Of a DNA stretch of 64,000 nucleotides, positions 1 to 12,790 are shown piece by piece (the stretch's first letter is position 1; each line of letters starts with the position of its first letter). The notes under the pieces were generated by a model, which was not told where the DNA came from, did no database searches, and saw only the letters and a list, made by a program, of their open reading frames with translations. Both the position numbers and the translations under genes were made by a program. Source of the stretch: Callorhinchus milii (taxonomy: Eukaryota); contig NW_024704742.1 in assembly GCF_018977255.1 (NCBI RefSeq), positions 108,440,001-108,504,000 on the forward strand, in the 5' to 3' direction.

Positions 1-244
1 TTCAGCACACAAAACTAAAGATTTATAAGTAAATCACAAACTGTGAATGGGCCACTGTTTCAACTCTATCCTGCATGAAGGCCACGATATAAATGCAAGT
101 TGTTTTTGCTTGTTGGTGTTTAATGGAAAGATCCTCCGACAACCATATTCTGATGCTCCTACAAATGTGGATTAGGCTTAAGATGAACCATAGGCGTGAC
201 ATGAGATCATGCCATTGTTGATATGTACAGGAATGTACATTCCC

Positions 245-645
245 CGAGGATAGAGTTCAAAATCCTCCTCCTTGGCTTCAAGGCCCTCCACGGTCTTGCT
301 CCTTCCTATCTCTGTGACATGCTGACCCCATATCAACCTGTCCTCTCCCTCCGCTCAGCAGGCTCCGGGCTGCCACGTCCACCATCGACAGTCGGGTCTT
401 CGGCCCCTCTGCCCCCACCCTTTGGAACTCCATCCTACATTCCCTTCGCCTTGCTGCCCCCCTTGCCTCCTTCAGGGCACGTCTCAAGACCCTACTCTTC
501 AACCGTGCCTTGGGCCACCTTCCTGCCCTCCACCCTCTCTGATCCCACCACCCCCCCAGCTCGGGTCCAAATCCCTATCTGTCAAGCAACTTAGGATGGC
601 CTCCTGATGTGAAAGACACGTTACAAATGTAATTTTGTATTGTAT
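245..645 (+). mobile_element. L2 3' fragment (duplicated at 5407-5807)
   Basis: RIEFKILLLGFKALHGLAPSYLCDML and L2-type tail. Confidence 0.82.
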
Positions 646-1253
646 AAGATGGGCAGTTTATGACATTACTACTCCCAAATTCAAATTAAACAAAACAAAA
701 ACATTTCCCTGAAAGCCAGTGCGTAGAGACACTGGCCAGGTCCCAGGTATGAATCCCAGGCTGTGCTGAGTTAGCTGAAATTATAATTGGACTCTGGTGA
801 AGCCTGGGTTAACCAATGCTCTCTGTGACTCAGTATCCGACACTTAATGACTAAGCTCACACCCGAACGCTTGATTAGCTGCTGAGAGTGACCCACAGCA
901 AAGAGTCAGTCCCTTCAGGAGAAAAGGCCTTCCAACCAAAATAAAAAGAGCATTATTGGATTCATTTTACCACTTTGTAAAAATCATTCATCCAATTGAA
1001 CCTTTGCCAAATGCATTGCACACACACACCACAAAGACTTATGTGGTCACACTAGTACAGGACAGTGTTTTAAATCTTCCCAATTACAGCAGAGACTAGA
1101 ATTCAGTTTGAAGTGAAACTGCATTGCAGTCTAACACTTCAATAAATGTCATTCATACAGCGGAGATTTAGGCGATACAGTATTTTGAGTCTCAGTTGCA
1201 CACAGTAGCAAAGAGCACTGGCAGACCTCAGTGAGGATTGTCTTTAAACTTAC

Positions 1254-1374
1254 CCAGTTTCTTTAAGGGGTAGGAGATATTGAAGTAGCTCTCATAAAAA
1301 TCAAGCAGCTTCACTGCTGCTTCCAGGGCGTAATGGATTTGCTCCATCTTGTGAGGAACAGCGTGTACTGATAC
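1254..1374 (-). other. LNPEP: Second, identical direct copy of LNPEP exon 5 with intact splice sites
   Basis: Same sequence as 6416-6536 at offset 5162, inside the duplicated block. Confidence 0.9.
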
Positions 1375-1982
1375 CTATTAGAAAGGTAAGGAAATCATGT
1401 CACCAGAGGTCATCAGCATTCTCTAGCCACTTTGTGAAATTGGAAAACTTTTCAAGTTTGTCAAAGGTCAGGGTTTATTAGCCCAGGGCTTCAGACTGCT
1501 CCATCCCAACACTTCTCAGTTTTCCTTTTTCACCTGCAAAATCCAGTCACTACACATTTCAATAAATTTGGTGAAGATGACGGTTCCATGTGAAAAGTGC
1601 TATATCAAATGCAAAGATTATTCTTTATTCATACTGTACTATATTCAACCCGGCACAGGCCAACCCTCAACATTGCCAGCTCAGAGCAGAGGGTGAGACC
1701 AGATCATCTGCATACTGTCAGAAATTAATACAGTAAACCTTGCATTTAATATAGCACTTTTCACATGGAACCGTCATCTTCACCAAATTTATTGAAATGT
1801 GTAGTGACTGGATTTTGCAGGTGAAAAAGGGAAAACTGAGAAGTGTTGGGATGGAGCAGTCTGAAGCCCTGGGCTAATAAACCCCTGACCTTTGACAAAC
1901 TTGAAAAGTTTTCCAATTTCACCAAAGTGGCTAGAGAATGCTGATGACCTCTGGTGACATGATTTCCTTACCTTTCTAATAG

Positions 1983-2103
1983 GTATCAGTACACGCTGTT
2001 CCTCACAAGATGGAGCAAATCCATTACGCCCTGGAAGCAGCAGTGAAGCTGCTTGATTTTTATGAGAGCTACTTCAATATCTCCTACCCCTTAAAGAAAC
2101 TGG
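1983..2103 (+). other. LNPEP: Third, inverted copy of LNPEP exon 5 (antisense to the gene)
   Basis: + strand reads taatag|GTATCAGTACACGCT...AAGAAACTGG|gtaagt. Confidence 0.92.
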
Positions 2104-2207
2104 GTAAGTTTAAAGACAATCCTCACTGAGGTCTGCCAGTGCTCTTTGCTACTGTGTGCAACTGAGACTCAAAATACTGTATCGCCTAAATCTCCGCTGT
2201 ATGAATG

Positions 2208-2640
2208 GGTTTTGAAGGTGGTGAGGGAGGGGGTGAGACGGAGGGACTGCGGGATGGAGTTCCAGTGGGTGGGTGCAGAGTGCCGGTAGGCCAGCCCGCT
2301 GATAGTGGGGTGAGCAAGGCAGGGGAACATGAAGTAGGCCGGATTCTGCTGAGCAGAGGGAGCGAACAGGGGTTAGGAGGTCGGAGAGGTAAGGGGGAGC
2401 AAGACTGTGGAGGGCTTTGAAGGTGAGGACCAGGATCTTGAAATGTATCCTCTGTGTGATGGGAAGCCAGCGGAGTTGGGCAAAGATGGGGGTGATAGGG
2501 TCGCAGAGCCTAGTGCGGGAGAGAACACGGGCTGCAGAGTTCTGGATGATCCACAGTCTGTGGAGGGAGGAGTTGGGGAAGCCGACAAGCAGTGAATTTG
2601 CATAGTCGAGCCTCGATATAATGAAGGTATAACAGGTATA
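2208..2640 (-). mobile_element. L2 fragment truncated at the inversion junction
   Basis: SRLDYANSLLVG..IQNSAARVL..ITPIFAQLRWLPITQRIHFKILVLTFKALHSLAPPYLSDLL. Confidence 0.88.
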
Positions 2641-5162
2641 AAGCAATAATAGTCAGAGGGAGGCACATTGTCATGGACTCCTTATTTGGATACTACTATA
2701 ATTTGTAGCCCAGTGGCACAGCAGCCTTCTGCTGAATGAGTTTCTTATACAGGGAAAGTGAACAGCAGGGATTTTGAGGGTCTAATGTTGTTGCTGCAGC
2801 AAGCCGACCCAGCTCAAACTGCTCAGCAGAGCAGCACATTCCTGCATTCCACACAGCCTCTGAAGCAGTCAGTTTTACTGATGACACACACAGAACCATA
2901 ACTAAACTGCACTCAAATTCATAAAATGCAGATCTTATACAAGTACAAAATCTAGATGTTTGCAAATTATTTGCAGTATTCCTTGTTCAAAAATTCCACT
3001 GGTGATGCTGCCAGTGTCTGAGGTGTGGAGGCACTGACGAAAGCCAATCAGGAGAGCCTCGGTCTTGCTGATGTTCAACTGTAGAAAGTTGGCTCTCAAT
3101 CAGAACTTGATGTCAGGGCATCAGTGGTCCTGGGGTTGAGGGTGGAGGCCGAGAGATAGAGTTGGGTGTCATTTGCGTACATGTAGAAGTTGACCCCATG
3201 TCTGCAAATGTGGGTTAGCCCGGTGTTATGCAATACATCTTGATGACACAGCTATGTTTCAGTGTCTATCAAAGACATGGAGGTTAAAGACTGGTCTTCT
3301 TATTGTGTATGACTCGTCAGTGGACAAGGAAATGGATTGACTCTGGTTCAGCAACCAGGAATGATGCTAGTGAGGCCATCAGGTTTATTCAGACAGTTCA
3401 CACAGAGGCTCCATAACTCACACAGAGGCTTCACTGTTGCCCAGTAAACTATCAGAAAGAAAATAAATAGCACAACGTTAACTACGTCACAGAACTAGTG
3501 AAAACAGAGAGGCTGGTTGTTTTCTCTTATTTCCTTAGAATCTTTACCAAGTTCACTTCACTCATCATTGCATTCTGCCTTAAATCCTCAAGCGTAGGTT
3601 TCAACTTTATATCCTTCAACCTCTTCCGAGTAAACATTTGCATCGGAAACAACTCTGTCTGCCCCAAGCAGGGGGCAAAAAGAAGGTTTCTTTCCCAAGC
3701 TGTAACCTCTCCCCTCCCCCAGCTCGTTCTCTCACTAACACGCATGTTCTGAGCACCATAAGTCTGGTGATAAATGGACAGTATTTGAAAGAGACAAGGA
3801 GTCCCTTAGAATGCTGAGGATATTGTTCATTACTCGTGACATCAATAAATTGCTCATTCTGTTTCTTTCCAGGACTGACAAAAACAAAGTTAGATTATTG
3901 GAAGCATCCTGTAATGACTTAGAAAACTACATCCTTAGAGAAGATCTGGGAACGAGCGAGGGAAGTCGTTGCGAACCCTAATTCCATTAACAGTATTAAG
4001 GTCCATTAGCATTGCCCCAGCAGCTGCCTGGTGTACTCGGGTGCATAAACAACAGGATGTGGTATAATATTTGGAAATAATATTTAAAATCACAATTTAA
4101 ACCACTGTTCCAAAGATTTTCTTCGGCATTGATATTGAGGCTTTAGAGGAACAGCATAAAAGGATAACCATATGAATATCTCCTCTCTGTCAGCTGTGCA
4201 GGTGCTGGTAGATGCAGAAAAAAAGTTTGAGTCATTGCTAAGGCTTGTTTTGGTCAGCCAGGTGTCTGACACATGTGGCAACCCATCACCATGCTTAACA
4301 GTATCCAAACCAAACTGAGATTTCCATGCATTCCACCTACACATGGAAATTCCCATGTCTGGAATGGAATGTTCATTGGTAGCTAATCGCAGAGAGTATT
4401 GGGGTGCAGATTGGCAAGTATTTTTGAATGAAAAGTATTCCGAGACACCGTCCGGCGTGAAGGGAGCTATATAAAAGCAAGTTATTATTGCTGAATGAGG
4501 TAAAATAACTTGTGTGCTGTAAGTGAGGATAGTCAGTCCTAGAACAACCCATAGTCAAATAATGCCTAAATTAACTCAGAAAAAGCCTCCAACATCTTTG
4601 CCACAAAATAGACCTCAACCCAACCCTCTCAAAGCACCACTTCCTCCACCAGATGCCCAAAGGCTGCTCAGAGCAACGCTGTCACTTGGAAATTATTTGC
4701 CTGAATTATGACTTGTTTGTGTGTATGGGGAGGAGAAGGATGTTGTTGCTTTTCCACAGGAAATTAGATCAAGAGCGCCCACATTAATGTCTTTTAGAAT
4801 TTCTACAGTTCACAGAGAGGAGTGTTTCATCTCATCTGTCTGGCCTGGATTCAGGTCCTGGTCTGACATATAAAAGGCCAATGCTCTAACTCACTGCACC
4901 ACTCACTTCCTTGCTCATAACTCTATTCAATCTCAGTACAAATTGAACAGATCTCAGCTAAGTCTGTGTGACGGCTGGTGACAATTGTAATCTGGAATTG
5001 CGGAATCTACAATTCCTCTTTTTGTGGGTTGCATTTAGTCTTGAAATAGTCCGTTCATGGGAAACGTGTTCAAGGCTCTCTTAGGTTTTAGGTTGTTTGC
5101 TGCATGCAAGAAAAAGAATATCATTGGAAAGATGGTTTAAAATGCTGAGACTTCAGTATGCA

Positions 5163-6915
5163 TTCAGCACACAAAACTAAAGATTTATAAGTAAATCACA
5201 AACTGTGAATGGGCCACTGTTTCAACTCTATCCTGCATGAAGGCCACGATATAAATGCAAGTTGTTTTTGCTTGTTGGTGTTTAATGGAAAGATCCTCCG
5301 ACAACCATATTCTGATGCTCCTACAAATGTGGATTAGGCTTAAGATGAACCATAGGCGTGACATGAGATCATGCCATTGTTGATATGTACAGGAATGTAC
5401 ATTCCCCGAGGATAGAGTTCAAAATCCTCCTCCTTGGCTTCAAGGCCCTCCACGGTCTTGCTCCTTCCTATCTCTGTGACATGCTGACCCCATATCAACC
5501 TGTCCTCTCCCTCCGCTCAGCAGGCTCCGGGCTGCCACGTCCACCATCGACAGTCGGGTCTTCGGCCCCTCTGCCCCCACCCTTTGGAACTCCATCCTAC
5601 ATTCCCTTCGCCTTGCTGCCCCCCTTGCCTCCTTCAGGGCACGTCTCAAGACCCTACTCTTCAACCGTGCCTTGGGCCACCTTCCTGCCCTCCACCCTCT
5701 CTGATCCCACCACCCCCCCAGCTCGGGTCCAAATCCCTATCTGTCAAGCAACTTAGGATGGCCTCCTGATGTGAAAGACACGTTACAAATGTAATTTTGT
5801 ATTGTATAAGATGGGCAGTTTATGACATTACTACTCCCAAATTCAAATTAAACAAAACAAAAACATTTCCCTGAAAGCCAGTGCGTAGAGACACTGGCCA
5901 GGTCCCAGGTATGAATCCCAGGCTGTGCTGAGTTAGCTGAAATTATAATTGGACTCTGGTGAAGCCTGGGTTAACCAATGCTCTCTGTGACTCAGTATCC
6001 GACACTTAATGACTAAGCTCACACCCGAACGCTTGATTAGCTGCTGAGAGTGACCCACAGCAAAGAGTCAGTCCCTTCAGGAGAAAAGGCCTTCCAACCA
6101 AAATAAAAAGAGCATTATTGGATTCATTTTACCACTTTGTAAAAATCATTCATCCAATTGAACCTTTGCCAAATGCATTGCACACACACACCACAAAGAC
6201 TTATGTGGTCACACTAGTACAGGACAGTGTTTTAAATCTTCCCAATTACAGCAGAGACTAGAATTCAGTTTGAAGTGAAACTGCATTGCAGTCTAACACT
6301 TCAATAAATGTCATTCATACAGCGGAGATTTAGGCGATACAGTATTTTGAGTCTCAGTTGCACACAGTAGCAAAGAGCACTGGCAGACCTCAGTGAGGAT
6401 TGTCTTTAAACTTACCCAGTTTCTTTAAGGGGTAGGAGATATTGAAGTAGCTCTCATAAAAATCAAGCAGCTTCACTGCTGCTTCCAGGGCGTAATGGAT
6501 TTGCTCCATCTTGTGAGGAACAGCGTGTACTGATACCTATTAGAAAGGTAAGGAAATCATGTCACCAGAGGTCATCAGCATTCTCTAGCCACTTTGTGAA
6601 ATTGGAAAACTTTTCAAGTTTGTCAAAGGTCAGGGTTTATTAGCCCAGGGCTTCAGACTGCTCCATCCCAACACTTCTCAGTTTTCCTTTTTCACCTGCA
6701 AAATCCAGTCACTACACATTTCAATAAATTTGGTGAAGATGACGGTTCCATGTGAAAAGTGCTATATCAAATGCAAAGATTATTCTTTATTCATACTGTA
6801 CTATATTCAACCCGGCACAGGCCAACCCTCAACATTGCCAGCTCAGAGCAGAGGGTGAGACCAGATCATCTGCATACTGTCAGAAATTAATACAGTAAAC
6901 CTTGCATTTAATATA
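5163..6915. repeat. Direct duplication, copy 2 (matches 1-1753)
   Basis: As above. Confidence 0.95.
6416..6536 (-). CDS. LNPEP: LNPEP exon 5
   Basis: taatag|GTA..CTG G|gtaagt, 121 nt; [40 protein letters not shown](D). Not in the ORF track; read manually. Exon 6 (GAMEN/HEXXH) was not found in the window. Confidence 0.95.
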
Positions 6916-7561
6916 ATACCTTATCACAATGTCGAGACGTTTCACAGGATATACCGTAAGGTGGTGTGACTGTGTATATTTTGATGGCGAACTCGGCAGC
7001 CAATTTGCAAGCAGCAGTATCCCACAAACAGTGTCCAGACACAAGAACAAAAACACAGAAGTTAAAATGAGGGCTGCCATCTCCACCCACTGTACTCTGT
7101 GCTGTAGCAGAGCCTCCGTTGAAGGATGTGCAATGGACGGACTCCAGCCAGGTTGAATAGGGAGAGGTTTTCCACATTGTTGGTTTTGACCATGACCCAG
7201 AACTCTAGCTCTCTGCTTCGTTAAACTTGACAAATGTACACTATAGTATCCACATTAGTCACATGACCTACAGTTACATCACAAGAAAACAAATCAAATA
7301 ATTTTCCTCTAAATTATTAAACAAAATGCCTTTCAATAACAATAATCTTTCTCCCCCTTGAAATACAGGGGAATCCTGAGATTGTACTCAGATTGCATCG
7401 TGAGGGTTGTGTTGTTTTATATATATGTATATATAATATATTGTATTACATATTATAGATAATCTTGAATTGATGGAGCTGCCGGTATGTCTGTTCTATG
7501 AGGATTTAGACAGCAGATGTTTGATCTTCAGCGATGGATACAAGGTGAGTAGAGGACTTAC

Positions 7562-7696
7562 TACAGTTCCGGATTTAGATGAACTGGTGACGTGTGTCAA
7601 TTCAGCGACAATAAAAGCCACCAGGTAAGTGCTCATCTTAACACTCTCACAAAATTCGTCTTCAAAGAGTCCGCCATTCTTCTCTACCGTCGCGTT
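7562..7696 (-). CDS. LNPEP: LNPEP exon 4
   Basis: ttccag|AAC..GTA|gtaagt, 135 nt, phase 0; NATVEKNGGLFEDEFCESVKMSTYLVAFIVAELTHVTSSSKSGTV (KMSTYLVAF motif). Confidence 0.97.
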
Positions 7697-8759
7697 CTGG
7701 AACAGAGTGTACAGTGATATCAGCCTCCATGAGAAACATCTGCATGGCTTCAAAACACATTTTAATATGCCCTTCTTGGTTTTATTGCACCTCCGTGTCA
7801 AAAACAGGCCGCAAGCTACAATACTGACCCTTGGTGGGGTGGAGGGGCGGGGAGAGAACAGTTATGTGTACAACAGAAACCCATTTGTACCTCACACCCG
7901 CACCAGCACTTACAGGTGAAGCAACAATGCAATTTACAATTAGAAAACACTGCGTATATTAACAGGGTAGATTTTATAGCATTGGAAGAAGCTACCCAAA
8001 CTGCAGAAATACTTCCTGAGGCATTACATGATGCAAGTGCAGCACTGTTTTAGCCTCACCCCTGCTTGATGCATTTAATGATGCAGCAATCGTTCTGTGG
8101 ACTTTTAAGTTCCAACCCTAAAAAAATCCACTCACCACAGAATACTTAAAAAATAAGGTATATTACTTAAAGGAGACTACCATTGCTCCTATTTGCAAGG
8201 ATTATTATTACTATTATTATTTATTTCACCAGAAGCTAGTTTTAAGGTACATTATGATAGTTGTAACTTTAACTCGTACCACACTCAAGATATGAGCATG
8301 GATTCGGTTCCCATTTTTGCAATTACTGCATTGCTGAATATGTTGTTCTGATGATGAATTAATATGAAGTAACCTATGGAATATGTGCTTGGCAAGTCTC
8401 TGTGATTCCATAAGAATTCCATATGGGATAAAAATTCCACTAGTGGGAGCTATTACTAGGCTGTTAAGAGAGGTAACTGGATACCAAATGCTGAAAATTT
8501 TAACACGGACACATTTAGACGATTACTCATGAACTCATGGTGGAATCTGGTCAATCTAAACATCTTCATATAGTCTTACATAGTCCCTAACCTTATTCTT
8601 TCCTGTGCTAATAAGTGCTCTGAGACTCTGACCCACATGAAGGGTACTATATAAATGCAAGTTGTTGTTGTAATTTCACTACAATTCACAGTCTCACTTT
8701 AAAGTGAATCCTGTGAAGCTCTTTGAGACGTTCTCCCAGTGTGAAGGGATTATTATTTT

Positions 8760-9100
8760 AATTTCCTCCCTTCTCCTCCTCTTGAAGCCATTTGATTCTC
8801 TTTTTACTGTCGGAGTATTGTTCAATGCATGCTGAATGGCCATTATTCCCACGTGAGTCTAGACAGGAATGGCGCCAGGCTATTTCTTTACAGCCTGAAC
8901 TGATCTAGTCCTAACCCACATAACACACACTGACATCCCCATCAGGAATTGCGGGATAAAGATCAGGAACTGACTTTTGCGTCCCTAAAACTGAGGTCAA
9001 TTATAGTGGCCCTAGTACTGCCTCAGCTGAGATCAGCTAACTCAACATGGTGTGTGCGTGGCGGGGGGGGAATTAAATCTGGGTCCTTTCTGGTCTGTAG
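8760..9100 (-). mobile_element. Ancient, diverged SINE-like element
   Basis: Core CTGAGATCAGCTAACTCA(G/A)CA recurs at about 760-780 (opposite strand) and 39180-39205; related pieces near 15000-15100 and 38200-38400. Confidence 0.55.
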
Positions 9101-9708
9101 ATTTGTTCAACTCCATACTATTGCAGAGATCCATCATTTCGGGCTATTTCAGCTGTAGATTACTCTGGAGAGATCACTGATGGGATGGGGGGTGTGGGGC
9201 GATGCATGTGTTCATGACTTCAATGTACACTGACAATTGGACCAGCCTTTGAGCCAATTCTGAGCTGTGTGATCCTGAATATAATACCTGCCAATGCTAT
9301 GCAGTAATATCCAGCTGCTGTTAGCTTTGTCCAATGTACAGAGTCAAGCATCTCCACACGGGCTCGCGGGCTGCTACATAGTATTCCCCCCACTGACGTA
9401 AATAGAACTGCCTGTCAATCAAGCTCCTGCTTGTCAGTGACATAAACGGGAGAGGGGGAGGGGGAGCAAGAACAGGTAGATTTCTCTGTAAAGTTGAAGA
9501 AATTAAGGATATGTAAAATGTAGTTTGTAATTATATTTACTGATAGAAAGAACTTTGAACAAAAACTCCTCCTACCAGACTTTCTTTTCCTTGTAAGCAT
9601 ATTAAGCCATTGACTTCAAGTAAAACATCACACATTTTCCATTAGAAAATCACATGTCTGCATCTGGTTGTAAAATTTTAATTTTAAAAAAAGTTTATGT
9701 TCAGGTAC

Positions 9709-9847
9709 CTTTTGCATATTGGATAACGCGACCTGGGATTGTTCCCTGATAATCTTGATCCGAAATGTAGCCTTAAACGCTGGTTCATCAAAGCATGGGA
9801 AGGCAGTCCGTGCAGCGAAGGGTTCAAACTGGGTGGCTGCCAACAAT
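9709..9847 (-). CDS. LNPEP: LNPEP exon 3
   Basis: tttacag|A..AAG|gtacct, 139 nt; [46 protein letters not shown] (M1 aminopeptidase TQFEP/FPCFDEP motif). Confidence 0.97.
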
Positions 9848-12077
9848 CTGTAAAGGACAGAGAATTACTGCAGGTTTCTTGTGTACTTGGCAAAAATAAA
9901 ACATAAAACAAACTTATTCTGTGTCTTTCCAACAGAGATCTGGCACAGTAACTGAATCTGGAACTCAAGTTTCTTTGACTGATCTGCACAGTTTGTCAAG
10001 GGAAGTCAAAGAGGATACCACTGTGTGGAGCAGTTTTTTTAACTCTGTTTTGAGGTGTGGGTGAAGTGGCATTTTGCCTTCATTTGTTGCTCATTCCTGG
10101 TTGGCCTAATTAGATGGTGATGAATATTCTCTTTAAACCAATGCAACTTTTACAACTGAGTGGTTTACTAGGAGCACGATTAGGGCCTAGTCAGTCAGGC
10201 AAGGCACAAAGAGGTTTGAACAGATCGATTTCAAGATCCTCATTCACACCTAGAAATCACTTCACACCCTAATGCCTCCCTACCTCTCCAACCTGTTACA
10301 ACTCACGTCTCCACCTGCCACCTTTGATCGGCCAGCTTGGACCTTCTGCACATCCCCAACCCCTCTGCTCCACCATCGCCAGCTGTACTTTCAGACACTG
10401 CACCCTGAACCTCTGTAACTCCCTGCCTCAATCCCTTTACTTTGCCCCCTCTTTACCTATCTTCAGATTGCACATGAAAACTTTCCTCTTTGACTGTGTC
10501 TATGGTCACCTCCCCTGTCTTCCCGCTCGGGGTCAAGTTATGCCACTGTTCTGCATTCTAAAACTCTACCCTGTGTGAAAAGCACTTTATCAATGCAAGT
10601 TGTTGTTAGGCTATTTCAGAAGCTATTTGAAACATGTTATGCAGGTCTAATAATAATAATCATTCACATATTTGGTATAATACCTTTTGTATCAGGATGA
10701 TTTTAATGCAAAGTGTAATGACTATGTATTCTACAGGCAAACGGCAGCCAATTTGCCAATAAAATCCCACAACCAGCTTTGAAGTGAATGACCAATTTTA
10801 TCTGGGGGGACTGTTGGCCAGGACAGCGGGAGAAACTCTCTTCGAGATGTGCAGTGGGATCTTTAATGTCCACCAGAACAGGGGACTGGGGTCACATGTG
10901 GGACAAACAGAAAGATTTCCTTTCCCAGAAGGACTTTACTGAAGCAGTTAGGTTTCTGTCTATTTTTTGTTTTTTTTATGAATGTGCATTCTATTCCATT
11001 ACAGAGGAATTTCCATGATAGGTGGGATGCATGGAACTCCTAGTTTGGTTTGGATATTCTTAAACATGGTGATGGGTTTCCACATGTGTCAGACACCATC
11101 TGACCAAAAGCAACCATAAGGAATCTATAGGATTAGGAACAGTCAGTGCAGTCCACCTAACTGATCTCATAGCCAGTTCTTTAAGCTCAAAGCTGCAAGT
11201 GTATCAAGCTCGATATCTATGATGCAAAGTAAGGCAGCAGAGGCTGGATGCTAGCTGATTGCTATAGTGGAAGAACAAGTGATTATTTTAATAAATGAAC
11301 ACAATAACATCACTACGCAGCAATTACTTGGGAAAAACTCTGAGCAGACTTGAAACGATAAGGAGCTGTAAAAATAATTTTTGTTTTAAAAAAAATGACA
11401 TTGATGTGTTGCTTAATAACTAAGCACTTCACAAACTGGTTACAGTTTCATTTCCATTGTCATGCAAGACTATGAGGAAGTATAAATCATCTAGAATTGG
11501 GCAAAAAATAACCCAGAAATGACACCCACTCCTCTCTTGCCCCCTTTCAGCAGCCAGCACAAATGCAGCAAGGGCCAATGGTTGGGAATAAGTCTGCTCT
11601 TTCCCTTTAACACCTTTTTGAGGCTTTAAAAAGATATAGCCATATATCCAAGAAAAACAGTGGCAATACAGAGCAATCCTTCTACAACACTGCCGCCTGG
11701 GGCCAATATCTCAGAGGACGTGTTATAAGGGAAGAGCAAATTGAAAAGCTGACTTCCTGGTCATCACGTTGCCGCTGACATCACTTCAATCATGTTGCAC
11801 GCAACAGGCACGGCTGACCTCACACAAGAAGTGATGTCAGTGCTGTTCCTGCATAAAGCATATATGTAGAGCCCTCAAATAGTGACGCTGGAGGCATTTC
11901 TTGCACAGAAAACAGCGTGCAGGAAGTGACATCTGCAAAACTTTGTGCACAACACATAATGTCAGACTTAGCTGCTCAGAAGCTGGTTATTTTTATAGCG
12001 CTGGAAGTGAACTGGTCAACACGGGAAGCTAGATGTCATGGACCTAAGTGAATCTGCGCACAATCAAGGGACAAAGT

Positions 12078-12460
12078 GGAGTCCTGTAGCTTAGTGGTTA
12101 GAGCACTTGCCTCGCAAGCAAGAGGACCTGGGGTCGATTTCCGGTCAGGGCGAAACAAAACGTTGGGCAAGTTTCCTTACTCCAACACCTCTGTTTACCC
12201 AGCAGTATATAGGAACCTGATTGTTAATTGATTGGCGGATCAGTTTTCCGGGGGTAATAATTCCTTTAAAATAAATTTTAAAAATTATTTGGTCAATTAA
12301 TCCACGACTGTTTGTGGGACACTGCTGTGTGCAATTGGCTGCCACGTTTCGCCTACAAAATATACAGTCAATTCATTTTACAGTATATTCTTTGAAGTAC
12401 TTTGAGATGTCTTGAAGACATGATAAGGTGCTATATCAAATGCAAGGATTATTATTATTA
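12078..12460 (+). mobile_element. tRNA-Ala-derived SINE, long form
   Basis: A/B boxes, internal CTCTGTTTACCCAGCAGTA segment, Deu-type 3' body, tail GCTATATCAAATGCAAGG(ATT)n. Confidence 0.88.
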
Positions 12461-12790
12461 TATTCTAACAGGGTTGTCCAATAACAATTCGATATAGTGC
12501 CTTTTCACATTGTTGTGACATCTCAAAGCGCTTTACAGAATTCTTACTATGAGGTAGTGTAGTATATTATGAAATGGTAGATTGTAGGAGAATACTGCAC
12601 TTCTGATTGGATCAAACAGTAAAAAGTCAATAATAGGACATACCATATTTATATATTCAAACATCATAACCTCAAAATATGTCCTGGGCTTTCAGTTAAA
12701 AGGTTTATTTCCTTCTCGTGACTTTTCAAAACGAGCAGATATATCACAAAGTAGTTTTAATTGAATTCAATAAACATAATAAATCATTAC

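Larger units (their letters stand above)
1..1753. repeat. Direct duplication, copy 1 (matches 5163-6915)
   Basis: No difference seen on reading; three ORFs recur identically at +5162. The match ends after TTGCATTTAATATA. Confidence 0.95.
1150..2207. repeat. ~460-bp near-perfect inverted repeat (arms 1150-1614 and 1740-2207, 125-bp spacer)
   Basis: 1749-2207 is the reverse complement of 1150-1605 apart from three single-base insertions. Confidence 0.93.

Noticed and set aside
2208..5162. Possible LNPEP exon 6 (GAMEN/HELAH) between the duplicated blocks; ORFs 2696-2965 and 3527-3745
   Set aside because: No such motif was found on either strand, and the ORFs resemble nothing I recognise.
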